Source: Candidatus Peribacter riflensis
Lineage (GTDB): Bacteria > Patescibacteriota > Gracilibacteria > Peribacterales > Peribacteraceae
Direction of reading: 5' to 3'
Assembly (NCBI GenBank): GCA_001430755.1
Contig: CP013062.1
Span: 420,001-452,000, forward strand
DNA length: 32,000 nt
Below, piece after piece: positions 1-9,875 of the stretch. A program made the position numbers and the translations under genes. Every line of letters begins with the position of its first letter. Position 1 is the stretch's first letter. A model generated the notes under the pieces. The model saw nothing but the letters and a program-made list of their open reading frames with translations. It ran no database searches and had not been told where the DNA came from.

Positions 1-829
1 CATCAACGCGCACGGTGCCGTCGGCGACTCCTTTGGTGGAGAGCGACCCTCCCACCAGATTGACAGCGATCGCGCCTTCGCCGACCGACTCGATGCTCTG
101 CGATCCCACTTCCACGTGCCAGAGCGCCTCAGAAGCGGTGCCGAAGGATTTGAAGTACCAGTTGCGGTGGATGGGGACGCAGAAGCCGATGGTGGGCGGG
201 GCGCAGTACGCCTGTGTCCAATTGGCGGTATCCAGTTTCTGCTTGGCCATCGCAGCGATCTGGGCCGAGAGATCGACGGAGGGGGTGTCCGTCACGCTCG
301 ATGCTGCGGCGGAGGACGCGGGGGGCGGGGTGGCAGGGACACTGCTGGCCGCCGGTGCGCTGGAGGATGGCAGAGAGGAGGAGGAAGAAGATGCTGCGGC
401 GGCTGCGGACGAGGATGGGGTGCTGCTCACGGAAGCGCTCTCCATGAGCCGGATGCGCTCGACGCGCATGATCGTGCCGCCCTCTTCGACTGTGGGACGG
501 ATGGATCCGGTGACTTCCGCCTCCTCTCCGACGTAGCCGTTCAGATCGACCGTTTCACTCGAGAGGAGGACGAAGCGCCCGTCGCCGAGCTCCAGGCGGT
601 GTGTGCCTTCCATGTAGATGCTGATGCCCGCCGGACGGATCGTCCCGATGAAGGAGACGTTATGTGTCTCGGCGATGGCCTCCTGCGAAGAAGAGGAAGA
701 CCACGCCTCATCCGTTTCCGGTTCGGTGGGGGGAGGGGTGTCTCCGCCGCAAGAGACGAGTGTGAGGGTGAGTGCGAGGAGGGAGAGGGTGCGCGAACGC
801 ATGGAGAGAACGGGGAAAGGAATACGCAT
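1..829 (-). CDS. putative lipoprotein (C-terminal part runs off the window start)
   Basis: Own minus-strand translation from ATG 829 (alternative ATG 802): MRIPFPVLSMRSRTLSLLALTLTLVSCGG..., i.e. a hydrophobic signal followed by the lipobox L-V-S-C. The frame stays open to position 1 and has a Ser/Ala/Pro-rich linker. It is absent from the ORF track because it has no stop in the window. Plus-strand ORFs 15..536 and 116..937 are antisense shadows. Confidence 0.6.
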   Translation of the reverse strand, partial: MRIPFPVLSMRSRTLSLLALTLTLVSCGGDTPPPTEPETDEAWSSSSSQEAIAETHNVSFIGTIRPAGISIYMEGTHRLELGDGRFVLLSSETVDLNGYVGEEAEVTGSIRPTVEEGGTIMRVERIRLMESASVSSTPSSSAAAAASSSSSSLPSSSAPAASSVPATPPPASSAAASSVTDTPSVDLSAQIAAMAKQKLDTANWTQAYCAPPTIGFCVPIHRNWYFKSFGTASEALWHVEVGSQSIESVGEGAIAVNLVGGSLSTKGVADGTVRVD

Positions 830-856
830 TCTAGCGGCAGAGAGGGGAGCGGGACA

Positions 857-887
857 ATAAAAACCCCGGGGAGGTGGCTCCCCGGGG
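857..887 (-). terminator. rho-independent terminator after the DsbA-like gene
   Basis: Perfect 10-bp stem ccccggggag / ctccccgggg (864-873 / 878-887) with loop gtgg. On the minus strand it is followed by TTTTTATTG, and it lies 19 nt downstream of the stop at 906. Confidence 0.75.
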
Positions 888-905
888 GAAAGTGTCAAAC
901 AGGGA

Positions 906-1628
906 TCAGTTCAGCAGGCCGTCGATGGCGTCCTTGAAGTTCTGCAGCGGCTGCGCACCCGAAACCACGGCAACCTTCTTGGTCTTGTGGTTGACGATGA
1001 CGTTGCCCGGGGTGCCCTGCACTCCGGCTGCGGTACCTGACTGCATCATCGCGGCGGTCTTCGACGCGTACTTGCCGCTATCCACACAGGACTGGAAGGC
1101 GGTCTGATTGAGGCCGATTTCTTTGGCGTAGGTTCCGAGCTGAGTGAGGTCGGATCCTTTCTCGTAAATCATATCGACCAAGGCCCAGAACTTGTCGTTG
1201 CCGCCCAGTTCTGCGGCGCACTCCGTGGCTTCTGCAGCTTTCTGTGCATTCGGGTGAAAGGAGAGCGGATAGTGTCGGTACGCCCAATTCACTTTGTCGC
1301 CGTAATCCTTGAGGAGCTGCGTGATGGTGGGGTGCACGCGAGCGCAGAAGGGGCACTCGAGGTCGGAGTACTCAATGATCGTAATATCTGCATCGGCGTC
1401 GCCGCGCACGTGATCCGTGTCGTCGAGAGCCTTCACGTCGGCATACTCCGGCACAGGATCTTCAGCGGGGGCCGTGGGAGTCGGCTGAACCTGGGCTGTC
1501 GGGGCTGCGGGTCCCTGAACGGACGTTCCGGCCATTTTGGAACCGGTGAAACCGACGATAACGCCGACCAGGACCATCGTGATACCGAACCACATCTTGG
1601 TTTCCTGCTGAGGGGTGGACGTTGTCAT
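906..1628 (-). CDS. DsbA-family thiol:disulfide oxidoreductase, membrane-anchored
   Basis: CPFC active-site motif (IIEYSDLECPFCARVHP) and a thioredoxin-like C-terminal domain, with N-terminal TM MWFGITMVLVGVIVGF. I chose ATG 1628 (MTTSTPQQ) because the 1814 start would overlap the upstream VanW gene. Confidence 0.8.
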   Translation of the reverse strand: MTTSTPQQETKMWFGITMVLVGVIVGFTGSKMAGTSVQGPAAPTAQVQPTPTAPAEDPVPEYADVKALDDTDHVRGDADADITIIEYSDLECPFCARVHPTITQLLKDYGDKVNWAYRHYPLSFHPNAQKAAEATECAAELGGNDKFWALVDMIYEKGSDLTQLGTYAKEIGLNQTAFQSCVDSGKYASKTAAMMQSGTAAGVQGTPGNVIVNHKTKKVAVVSGAQPLQNFKDAIDGLLN

Positions 1629-1785
1629 ATAGGTGAGAAAGGAAAGAAAATTACCAAGGCAGTATAGCGATTTTTTGCCGCGATTCCAGAGGGAATTCCT
1701 GCGGCACCCATTCAGCAAAATGACCGCAAATACCCTTGAGAATCGGACGAATAAACCATGGCTGGCACTCCTGCGCGAGGGCAGA

Positions 1786-3171
1786 TCACATCGCTTTCTG
1801 CTCGGCGCTCGCATGCACCGCTGTTTCGTATTTCTTTGCCAGGGAGCGCGGCAGGCTGGTGTAGCGGGAGGTAATCACCCGCTTCTTCTCCCTGCCATCT
1901 GCGAAGGTGATGCGCTGGACCCAGGCGATTTCGTTTCCGCGCGGCGTACGCTCTTCGGCGGGGTAGTCCGTGAAGTCGGAGCTGGAGAAGAACGGGCCGA
2001 TGACTTCGCTCGTCCGTCCGTCCGGCGTTCCGTAGATCTGCACGGTGACTTCAGAACCTTCGGTGTATGCCTGAAAGAGCAGGTAGTTCGCCGTATCGTT
2101 CACGAAGGTCAGATCCTGCTTGCCCGGGAATACGGTGGCATCGATGCCCACGCCGTACTTCTCGTAGTACGACACGTACATGCTGTGGTTGGCACGGCGC
2201 TCGTAGCCGAAGCCGGATTGGAGAATAGCCCGGAACACAGTGGTCGATGCCTGGCAGATGCCTCCTCCGGGGGCCATGCGGAGCTCCGTGGTATTGAAGA
2301 TCACTTTGGCATCTTTCCAGCCGTTCCCGTTCGATACGGGTCCACCGAGGGTTTCATTGAACGAGAATTCCGCTCCGGGGGGGACGAGCACGTTGTTCAC
2401 ATGTTCATGGATGGCCTTGCGCACGTTGTAGATGCGGGCCGACGGAGATCCCTTGAAGTCGGACTTGCCGCTCCCGAGGAGCACGAGATCGCCCAAGGGC
2501 ACACCCGAGAGATTCTCGACGGGGCCGGATGTGATGACGAGCGGGATGGCAACGGTCTCTGTTCCTTCGGTGAGTGCTGCAGCGATGGCGCGGGGGGCCA
2601 CGGACATGTCGAAGATGATGCCCGGACGAGCGGCGCCCGTGCTGGTCACCACGCGCTCCACATCATCCTCCTTCGTGACGGCAGTGATGACGGCCTGCTG
2701 CGGCTGGATGATGCCGTCCATCGGCTCGGTCGTCAGGAACTGTGCGATACGCTCCTCGTCGACGCGGAAGTGTGCGGACGCAGGCGAGATCTCCGCTTTC
2801 ATCCACGTGGGGTACTTCTGCAGGTGCACATCCCAGGTGCGGTAGGACTGGTTTCCGGGAATCTGAAGTGTCACGGTTGTATGACGGGTGAGGAGTGTGC
2901 GCTGCTCCTGCAGGGCGGTCACGAGTACCGAGATTGGTGGTGAGGTGCCGACGCGCCGTGCAATGCGCGCACTCAGGCGATGAGCTACTCGCACGAGGAA
3001 TGCGTCTTCCGCCGCCGCAACATTCTTCACGCCGAAGGAGAAGTACGGCATGGACCATCGTTCCTTTGTCGAGGGCACTGCCAAATCAGCCTCGGCCACT
3101 GCCAGCGTCAGAAAGAGAATACCTGCCATGCAGAGCAATTGGCCGGTAAGAATGTTGTGTCTTTTGGTCAT
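1786..3171 (-). CDS. VanW-domain protein with N-terminal membrane anchor
   Basis: C-terminal VanW-like block (GGGICQASTTVFRAILQSGF..ERRANHSMYVSYYEKYGVGIDATVF) and N-terminal hydrophobic helix LLCMAGILFLTLAVA. Confidence 0.75.
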   Translation of the reverse strand: MTKRHNILTGQLLCMAGILFLTLAVAEADLAVPSTKERWSMPYFSFGVKNVAAAEDAFLVRVAHRLSARIARRVGTSPPISVLVTALQEQRTLLTRHTTVTLQIPGNQSYRTWDVHLQKYPTWMKAEISPASAHFRVDEERIAQFLTTEPMDGIIQPQQAVITAVTKEDDVERVVTSTGAARPGIIFDMSVAPRAIAAALTEGTETVAIPLVITSGPVENLSGVPLGDLVLLGSGKSDFKGSPSARIYNVRKAIHEHVNNVLVPPGAEFSFNETLGGPVSNGNGWKDAKVIFNTTELRMAPGGGICQASTTVFRAILQSGFGYERRANHSMYVSYYEKYGVGIDATVFPGKQDLTFVNDTANYLLFQAYTEGSEVTVQIYGTPDGRTSEVIGPFFSSSDFTDYPAEERTPRGNEIAWVQRITFADGREKKRVITSRYTSLPRSLAKKYETAVHASAEQKAM

Positions 3172-3200
3172 TTTGCTGTTGGATTATTGATGTTGTCGAT

Positions 3201-3229
3201 ATTATACAATAAATTGTACAATTATGCAA
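3201..3229 (-). promoter_or_regulatory. sigma-70-type promoter for the VanW gene
   Basis: Minus strand reads TTGCAT (3229-3224), a 17-nt spacer, then TATAAT (3206-3201), about 30 nt upstream of ATG 3171, in an AT-rich island. Confidence 0.6.
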
Positions 3230-3268
3230 AATATATTTATATGTGTAATACAACGGCAGGGATTGGAA

Positions 3269-3344
3269 TGGTGGAGCTGAGGGGAATCAAACCCCTGACC
3301 TCCGCAATGCGAATGCGGCGCTCTATCAGCTGAGCTACAGCCCC
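3269..3344 (-). tRNA. tRNA-Ala (anticodon CGC), CCA encoded
   Basis: Hand fold: GGGGCTG TA GCTC AGCTGATA GAGC G CCGCA TTCGCAT TGCGG AGGTC AGGGG TTTGATT CCCCT CAGCTCC A CCA. The G3:U70 alanine identity pair is present. Confidence 0.9.
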
Positions 3345-3370
3345 GTACCAGACGCTCGCAAGCTCGCGTC

Positions 3371-3387
3371 GGTACGGGGAAAGCCCC
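3371..3387. repeat. short dispersed motif copy (ggtacggggaaagcccc)
   Basis: Member of the TACGG..GGCAAGCC family; see findings. Confidence 0.5.
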
Positions 3388-3433
3388 GTCGCGTGCGCGT
3401 AAGCATATGGCCTGAAAAGTATAGAGGCGCTCC

Positions 3434-3450
3434 GGTACGGGGCAAGCCCC
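3434..3450. repeat. short dispersed motif copy (ggtacggggcaagcccc)
   Basis: Near-identical to 3371-3387, differing by 1 nt. Confidence 0.55.
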
Positions 3451-3468
3451 AAAGAGTCATTCTCTCTT

Positions 3469-3496
3469 TTGCTCCTGTTTGCGGACCTGCTATGCT
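3469..3496 (+). promoter_or_regulatory. candidate promoter for tRNA-Phe
   Basis: TTGCTC (3469-3474), 16-nt spacer, TATGCT (3491-3496), about 70 nt upstream of the tRNA. Confidence 0.35.
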
Positions 3497-3568
3497 CTTT
3501 TTGGTTCATTAATTCCTTTTGTGTCTTTGCGAGTGCTCGTGGCCTGCCACGGCGCTCGCGAGCGCCGT

Positions 3569-3644
3569 GGCCCGGTAGCTCAGTTGGTAGAGCACTCGCC
3601 TGAAGAGCGAGGTGTCACCAGTTCGATCCTGGTCTGGGCCACCA
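3569..3644 (+). tRNA. tRNA-Phe (anticodon GAA), CCA encoded
   Basis: Hand fold: GGCCCGG TA GCTC AGTTGGTA GAGC A CTCGC CTGAAGA GCGAG GTGTC ACCAG TTCGATC CTGGT CTGGGCC A CCA. Confidence 0.92.
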
Positions 3645-3745
3645 TTCGACTCGTCCCGCCGATGCGGGACTCGCTCATGGTCGTCGTCCCTTTGGGACTC
3701 CGGCCATTCTTAATCATGGCGCGAGTCGAAGGGGCCAAACCTTCA

Positions 3746-4639
3746 CTAAAATCCCAGTGACGAGAACGGGAAGAAGATGGAGTTCCAGTCGAAGACCGGT
3801 CGCACGATGTAGAGCGGCGTCTCGATGGCGCGAGGGAACATGAAGAAGATGGAATTCGTTGTGGTCTCTTTGATCGTGCATTGATTGCTGCAGTACTCGT
3901 GGCTGTTCCAGGCCCACTGCAGGTCGCTCACGGCGGGATAGCTCGTGCCCTCCAGCACGTACTCGATGTTGTCACACTCCTCATTGATCGTCTTGCCGCT
4001 GACCGGATCATTGAAGTTGTCATCCACATGCCCGTTTCCGCAGGTCGGATAAGTGCAGTCCTTGCGGCACCGGTTCGGGAGGGTATCACTGTTGTTGCCT
4101 CCCCAGTCACACTCTTCGTTCGGTTGCTTCACGTTGTCTCCGCACCATGCAGAAGAAACGCTCGAAGCCGCGCTGCTCGACGCGCTGGACTCCGGGAGGT
4201 CGTTGCAGAGGCCGGTCCGCCGTTGTTCCTCACAGGCCGTCTGATTGTTGGAATACGTACTGAAGAGCTGCACATCGGTTTCCTGGCCGGTGGCGAGACA
4301 GGGCTGGTTTAAGTACAGGCGGGTGCACCGGGCGGTCCTGCCATTCGAAAGACAGCAGAACGAATCATTGGTCTGGACGATAGGATCGTCGGTTTGCTGT
4401 TCCCAGCGGCATGCCGTGCAACGGTAGTACAGGCCATCCTGGAATTTTGTTCCCCCATCACACTCTTCTCCCGTATCGACAGCGCCATTGCCGCACCCGA
4501 CATCAACAATGGCGGATTGCGCAAGCACTTTGAGATCGGGCACCCAGCCAGCATGAAGGCTGGTGAGAAAGAATCCGATGATGATGAATGTCAGAAAGCC
4601 GAGACAGACATCAGAGAGGAAGGATCGTGAGTGATGCAT
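3746..4639 (-). CDS. secreted cysteine-rich repeat protein (CGNG..EECD repeats)
   Basis: Three copies of the CGNGxxDxGEECD-type motif: CGNGAVDTGEECDGG, CGDNVKQPNEECDWGG, CGNGHVDD..INEECDN. Signal peptide from ATG 4639 is MHHSRSFLSDVCLGFLTFIIIGFFLTSLHA. The ORF track's TTG start at 4711 is an alternative. Confidence 0.65.
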   Translation of the reverse strand: MHHSRSFLSDVCLGFLTFIIIGFFLTSLHAGWVPDLKVLAQSAIVDVGCGNGAVDTGEECDGGTKFQDGLYYRCTACRWEQQTDDPIVQTNDSFCCLSNGRTARCTRLYLNQPCLATGQETDVQLFSTYSNNQTACEEQRRTGLCNDLPESSASSSAASSVSSAWCGDNVKQPNEECDWGGNNSDTLPNRCRKDCTYPTCGNGHVDDNFNDPVSGKTINEECDNIEYVLEGTSYPAVSDLQWAWNSHEYCSNQCTIKETTTNSIFFMFPRAIETPLYIVRPVFDWNSIFFPFSSLGF

Positions 4640-4726
4640 AGGGAGGGGAAGTTTGTCCCATCGTACAGGAAGCTTTCTGCTCACTGCGCAGAACGCCTTG
4701 ATAATTTCCAAGAGGATTGCGGTTTT

Positions 4727-6067
<1,341 letters not shown>

Positions 6068-6105
6068 CTAGACATCCCGGTGATTCCTCCTAGCATGCCC
6101 CCCTC

Positions 6106-7176
6106 ATGAGCGAGGTCACTACTCTGGAACAGCAGGCGGATTCAGGGCTCATGCTTGAGCCAGATGAGCTTGAGTCGTGGATACGAACGGCAGAGGAACA
6201 ATGCGGCCTGATCGTTCAGGGAGACAAAAAGATGCTCAGGGCTCTTGAGGAACTCGTTCTTCTGCGGCGGTCGCAAGCCATTACCACCCTCATCGGGGAA
6301 CCGGGAACAGGAAAAGAAAAGTTTGCGAGATTCGTTCACGTGTTAAAGAACCCGAGTCGGCCATTTGTCGATGTGAACATGGCTGGAATTAGCGAGCACC
6401 TGTTTGAGAGTGAGCTCTTTGGACATGCCAAAGGGGCATTCACCGGAGCGAACGGGGGCCGTGTCGGCCGTTTCGAACAGGCAGCGGACGGGACGCTCTT
6501 CTTGGATGAAATCGGGGACATGCCATACGATCGTCAAGGTCTGCTCCTCCGTGCGCTCGAGCAACGCACGTTCAGCCCCGTCGGTGACAACAGGCAGCTC
6601 GCGCTGAAGGCGAGCATCGTGTGCGCGACGAATGCCGACATCCACCATGCAGCGAATATCGGAAAGATGAGACGCGATCTCCACGATCGTCTGTGCAGGT
6701 GTGTTGTGGTCATTCCGTCATACGAAGAACGGTCGCAGGAGCACAAAGTAAGCGTGATTCGGTACCTGACCAGAAAGATCGGATCCGCGTTGCGCTGTCC
6801 CGAACTGACATTGGATAGAGAAGCCCTTCAGCTTCTTCTGCAGTATCCCATCGACGGGAATGTCCGGGGCATTGAGAATGTGTTGGAAAGGGCCGGAACG
6901 TACGCCGTCGCTCGGGGGCAGACACGGATCGATATGGTTCACATGCAGAGGGCGCTCGAAGAGGTGGAGAAGTCACAAGATTCTTCGCCCCAAAGTACTC
7001 ATTTGCTCTCTCAGCTCATTCGACAGGCAATGTCGCAGGGTCTGCATTCCACTCTTGAGCCGTTGAGAAGCAAAATTGTGCGTGCGGTCCTGGAGCATGC
7101 AGGTGGGAAACAGGTGAGGGCCGCAAGGCTGCTAGGGATCACGCGGCAGACGCTGGGAAGATATCTTTCAGACTGA
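6106..7176 (+). CDS. sigma-54-interaction-domain AAA+ transcriptional activator, PspF-like (no N-terminal sensor domain)
   Basis: Walker A GEPGTGKE, GAFTGA loop (GHAKGAFTGA), Walker B LFLDEIG, and a C-terminal Fis-type HTH (RAARLLGITRQTLGRYLS). Only about 45 aa precede the AAA+ core. Confidence 0.8.
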   Translation: MSEVTTLEQQADSGLMLEPDELESWIRTAEEQCGLIVQGDKKMLRALEELVLLRRSQAITTLIGEPGTGKEKFARFVHVLKNPSRPFVDVNMAGISEHLFESELFGHAKGAFTGANGGRVGRFEQAADGTLFLDEIGDMPYDRQGLLLRALEQRTFSPVGDNRQLALKASIVCATNADIHHAANIGKMRRDLHDRLCRCVVVIPSYEERSQEHKVSVIRYLTRKIGSALRCPELTLDREALQLLLQYPIDGNVRGIENVLERAGTYAVARGQTRIDMVHMQRALEEVEKSQDSSPQSTHLLSQLIRQAMSQGLHSTLEPLRSKIVRAVLEHAGGKQVRAARLLGITRQTLGRYLSD

Positions 7177-7210
7177 CAGAGATGAAGCTTTTAGACGATG
7201 TGCCAATCTC

Positions 7211-7239
7211 TTGACGGTCGTGGATTAGCACTCTAAACT
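7211..7239 (+). promoter_or_regulatory. dnaK promoter
   Basis: TTGACG (7211-7216), 17-nt spacer, TAAACT (7234-7239). It overlaps the CIRCE element. Confidence 0.65.
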
Positions 7240-7251
7240 TGCGAGTGCTAA
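7225..7251 (+). promoter_or_regulatory. CIRCE operator (HrcA binding site)
   Basis: ttagcactc-taaacttgc-gagtgctaa is an exact match to the consensus TTAGCACTC-N9-GAGTGCTAA, 22 nt upstream of the dnaK ATG. Confidence 0.92.
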
Positions 7252-7273
7252 TTGAGCATTTTCCCCTTCACCT

Positions 7274-9163
7274 ATGTCCAAGATCATCGGAATCGACCTC
7301 GGAACCACCAATTCCTGCGTTGCTGTCGTCGAAGGCGGCGAGCCGGTGGTGATCCCCAATGCGGAGGGCAATCGCACGACTCCTTCAGTCGTCACCTATA
7401 AAGATGACGGCGAGATTCTCGTGGGTGTCACTGCAAAACGTCAGGCCGTCACGAACCCCAAGCTCACGGTTTCCTCCGCCAAGCGGTTCATCGGGCGTCG
7501 TTTCGACGAAGTGCGTGAAGAAGCCGCGCACATGTCCTTTTCGGTGGTCGAGGGGAAGGAGGGACGCGCCATGATGGAGGTGCAGGGCAAGAAGATGCTC
7601 CCGCAGGAGGTGAGCGCGCAGGTGCTGCAGAAACTGAAGAGGGATGCCGAGGCGTACCTGGGAACGAAAGTCGAGAAAGCCGTGATCACCGTGCCGGCGT
7701 ACTTCGACGATTCGCAGCGTCAGGCCACCAAGGAGGCCGGCGAGATCGCGGGGCTCGAAGTGGTGCGCATCATCAATGAACCGACGGCTGCGGCGCTCGC
7801 CTACGGTTTGGACAAGGGGCATGAGCACACGATCGTCGTGTACGACCTAGGAGGAGGCACGTTCGATGTCTCGGTGCTGGAATTGGGAGAAGGCGTCTTC
7901 GAAGTCCGGGCGACGAACGGTGACACGCACCTGGGCGGCGACGACTTTGATCGCGTGGTGGTGGAGTGGATGATCGCCGAATTCAAGAAGGAGCAGGGGG
8001 TGGATCTCGGCAAAGATCCCATCGCGCTGCAGCGCATCCGCGAGGCCGCTGAGAAAGCCAAGATCGAGCTCTCGTCCGCCACACAGACCGAGATCAACCT
8101 GCCGTTCATCACGGCAGACAGCTCCGGACCCAAGCACTGCACCCTCAAACTCTCGCGCGCCAAATTGGAGTCGCTCGTATCGGACCTGATCGAGCGCACA
8201 GTGGCGCCGTGCGAAGCAGCGCTCAAAGATGCCAAACTCAAGAAATCGGAAATTCATGAAGTAGTGTTGGTTGGAGGCATGACGCGCATGCCGGCAGTGC
8301 AGGCGAAGGTGAAGGAACTCTTCGGACGTGAGCCCCACATGGGAGTCAATCCGGACGAGGTCGTGGCGATCGGCGCCGCGGTGCAGGGCGGAGTGCTCGG
8401 TGGAGACATTCACAAGGATATTGTGCTCGTGGACGTGACGCCGCTCTCGCTGGGCATCGAGACTCTGGGCGGAGTCGCCACCAAGCTCATCGAGCGCAAT
8501 ACCAAGATCCCGACCAAGAAGAGCCAGGTCTTCTCGACTGCGGCTGATCACCAGCCTTCCGTCGAGGTGCACATCACGCAGGGCGAGCGCGAGATGGCGG
8601 GGGATAACAAGTCGCTCGGGCGCTTCATCCTCGATGGCATTCCTCCGGCTCCGCGGGGAGTGCCGCAGATCGAGGTGACGTTCGACATCGACACGAACGG
8701 CATTCTGCACGTGACCGCGAAGGATCTGGGTACCGCGAAGGAGCAGCACATCACGATCCAGGGTTCCACAGGGCTTTCGAAGGACGAAGTGGAGCAGATG
8801 AAGAAGGATGCCGAGTTGCACGCCGAAGACGACAAGAAGAAGCGGGAGCTCATCGACCAGCGCAATCAGGCCGATGCCCTCGTCTTCAATTTGGAGAAGC
8901 AGATGCGCGAGTATGACGCCAAGATTCCCGATGACCTCAAGAAGAAGGTGAATACCCGCATCAGTGAAGTGAAGGAGGTGCTCAAGAAGGAAGGAGCTTC
9001 GGCGGATGAGATCAAGAAGGCAACCGACGCGCTCTCAACGGAGGCGATGGAGATCGGCAAGTTGGTCTACGAAGCTGCGCAGAAGAAAGGGAAGGAAGGT
9101 GAGGAAGGGAAGAAAGGAAAAGTTGTGGATGCGGAAGTGGTGGATGAGGAAAAGAAGAAGTAG
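7274..9163 (+). CDS. dnaK: molecular chaperone DnaK (Hsp70)
   Basis: [18 protein letters not shown]..., [10 protein letters not shown], and full-length Hsp70 architecture with a Lys/Glu-rich tail. Confidence 0.98.
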   Translation: MSKIIGIDLGTTNSCVAVVEGGEPVVIPNAEGNRTTPSVVTYKDDGEILVGVTAKRQAVTNPKLTVSSAKRFIGRRFDEVREEAAHMSFSVVEGKEGRAMMEVQGKKMLPQEVSAQVLQKLKRDAEAYLGTKVEKAVITVPAYFDDSQRQATKEAGEIAGLEVVRIINEPTAAALAYGLDKGHEHTIVVYDLGGGTFDVSVLELGEGVFEVRATNGDTHLGGDDFDRVVVEWMIAEFKKEQGVDLGKDPIALQRIREAAEKAKIELSSATQTEINLPFITADSSGPKHCTLKLSRAKLESLVSDLIERTVAPCEAALKDAKLKKSEIHEVVLVGGMTRMPAVQAKVKELFGREPHMGVNPDEVVAIGAAVQGGVLGGDIHKDIVLVDVTPLSLGIETLGGVATKLIERNTKIPTKKSQVFSTAADHQPSVEVHITQGEREMAGDNKSLGRFILDGIPPAPRGVPQIEVTFDIDTNGILHVTAKDLGTAKEQHITIQGSTGLSKDEVEQMKKDAELHAEDDKKKRELIDQRNQADALVFNLEKQMREYDAKIPDDLKKKVNTRISEVKEVLKKEGASADEIKKATDALSTEAMEIGKLVYEAAQKKGKEGEEGKKGKVVDAEVVDEEKKK

Positions 9164-9176
9164 TTGTCCTCTTTGT

Positions 9177-9872
9177 TCACAGTTCCGTTGCACGCTCTCC
9201 TCCTGCAAGGATGTGCGCGATCACTTGCCCGCCGCAGTATTTCTCCACAAGCGCCTGCAATTCCACAAGGATTTCCTGCAGCGGATCATCTGGATCCAGG
9301 CTCTCGATGATGAGGATCGCGTTCGTGGTCGCTTCTGTCAGTTTCGTTCGATCGGCCTCCCGCCAGTTCATTCTGCGGCAGAGAACTCCCTCCGCATCTT
9401 TGTACACGAGTTCGCCTGCTGCGGGAGGTTCATTCTGCGTTTCACCAAGTGCAATGAAGGCTTCTGATCCCGTTGCCCGATCAAGCACGATGTCTCCGAC
9501 GCACCGGTCCAGATCTTCTCCTCCGACAGGGAGAAGATGCTTCAAGGAGAGGATGTTGTAGAGGTCCACGAATGTATTGATTGACGGGAGGGAGCCTCCC
9601 TTCAGTACCCGCTTGGCAAGCGCGAAGTGCGAGGGGTAGTACCGCTTGGGGTTATTGCCGAAGGCGCGGTGCGCCTCGAAGAACTGCACGATGTGTGGGG
9701 CATCCTTGAAGGTTTCATCCGTGGTGCGGGAGCGAAGAGCGGCCTCGGCTTCGCGCAGGAGGAGAGCGACTTCCGGGTGTGCATCTCTGTTCGAAGCTCC
9801 TTTGATGGAGAGTACGCCGACGCGCAGTGCCGGCAGGAGGTTGAAGACGGCGGGGGTGATGGAGAGATGCAT
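9177..9872 (-). CDS. B3/B4 tRNA-binding-domain protein (PheT B3/4-like, COG3382-type)
   Basis: PSINTFVDLYNILSLKHLLPVGGEDLD and the overall approximately 230-aa architecture are typical of stand-alone B3/4 domain proteins. It starts 3 nt after the gap stop. Confidence 0.6.
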   Translation of the reverse strand: MHLSITPAVFNLLPALRVGVLSIKGASNRDAHPEVALLLREAEAALRSRTTDETFKDAPHIVQFFEAHRAFGNNPKRYYPSHFALAKRVLKGGSLPSINTFVDLYNILSLKHLLPVGGEDLDRCVGDIVLDRATGSEAFIALGETQNEPPAAGELVYKDAEGVLCRRMNWREADRTKLTEATTNAILIIESLDPDDPLQEILVELQALVEKYCGGQVIAHILAGGERATEL

Positions 9873-9875
9873 GGA

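Noticed and set aside
15-937. Plus-strand ORFs 15..536 and 116..937 (173 and 273 aa)
   Set aside because: They have low-complexity Gly/Arg/Ala-rich translations and lie antisense to a convincing lipoprotein frame (lipobox, signal peptide) on the minus strand. These are typical GC-rich shadow ORFs.
1633-2943. Long antisense ORFs opposite well-supported genes, e.g. 1633..2943(+), 7847..8821(-), 11667..12431(-), 21580..22425(-), 28014..28754(+), 29575..30210(-), 24747..25358(-)
   Set aside because: Each overlaps a gene with clear family signatures on the other strand. Their translations are Arg/Gly/His-rich with no recognisable motifs, as expected from stop-codon depletion in high-GC DNA.
3527-3538. 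ttgcgagtgct upstream of tRNA-Phe is identical to part of the dnaK CIRCE right arm
   Set aside because: Only a half-site is present, with no TTAGCACTC partner at N9 spacing. It is most likely chance or part of the leader hairpin system.
3479-3760. ORFs reading through tRNA genes: 3479..3760(+), 3237..3509(-), 13360..13615(-), 20545..20871(+), 20678..20869(-)
   Set aside because: They span tRNA-Phe, tRNA-Ala, tRNA-Ile and tRNA-Val and the repeat-rich flanks. The recurring peptide WLANRS is just the translated GCTACGGTTGGCAAGCC repeat, and it is read in different frames in different copies.
9612-9635. cttggcaagcgcgaagtgcgagg resembles the tRNA-flank repeat (ttggcaagcc..gcgaagg)
   Set aside because: It lies inside the B3/4-domain CDS, where it encodes HFALAKRVL in frame. 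Other ggcaag and cttgcc hits in CDSs are ordinary Lys/Gly codon combinations.
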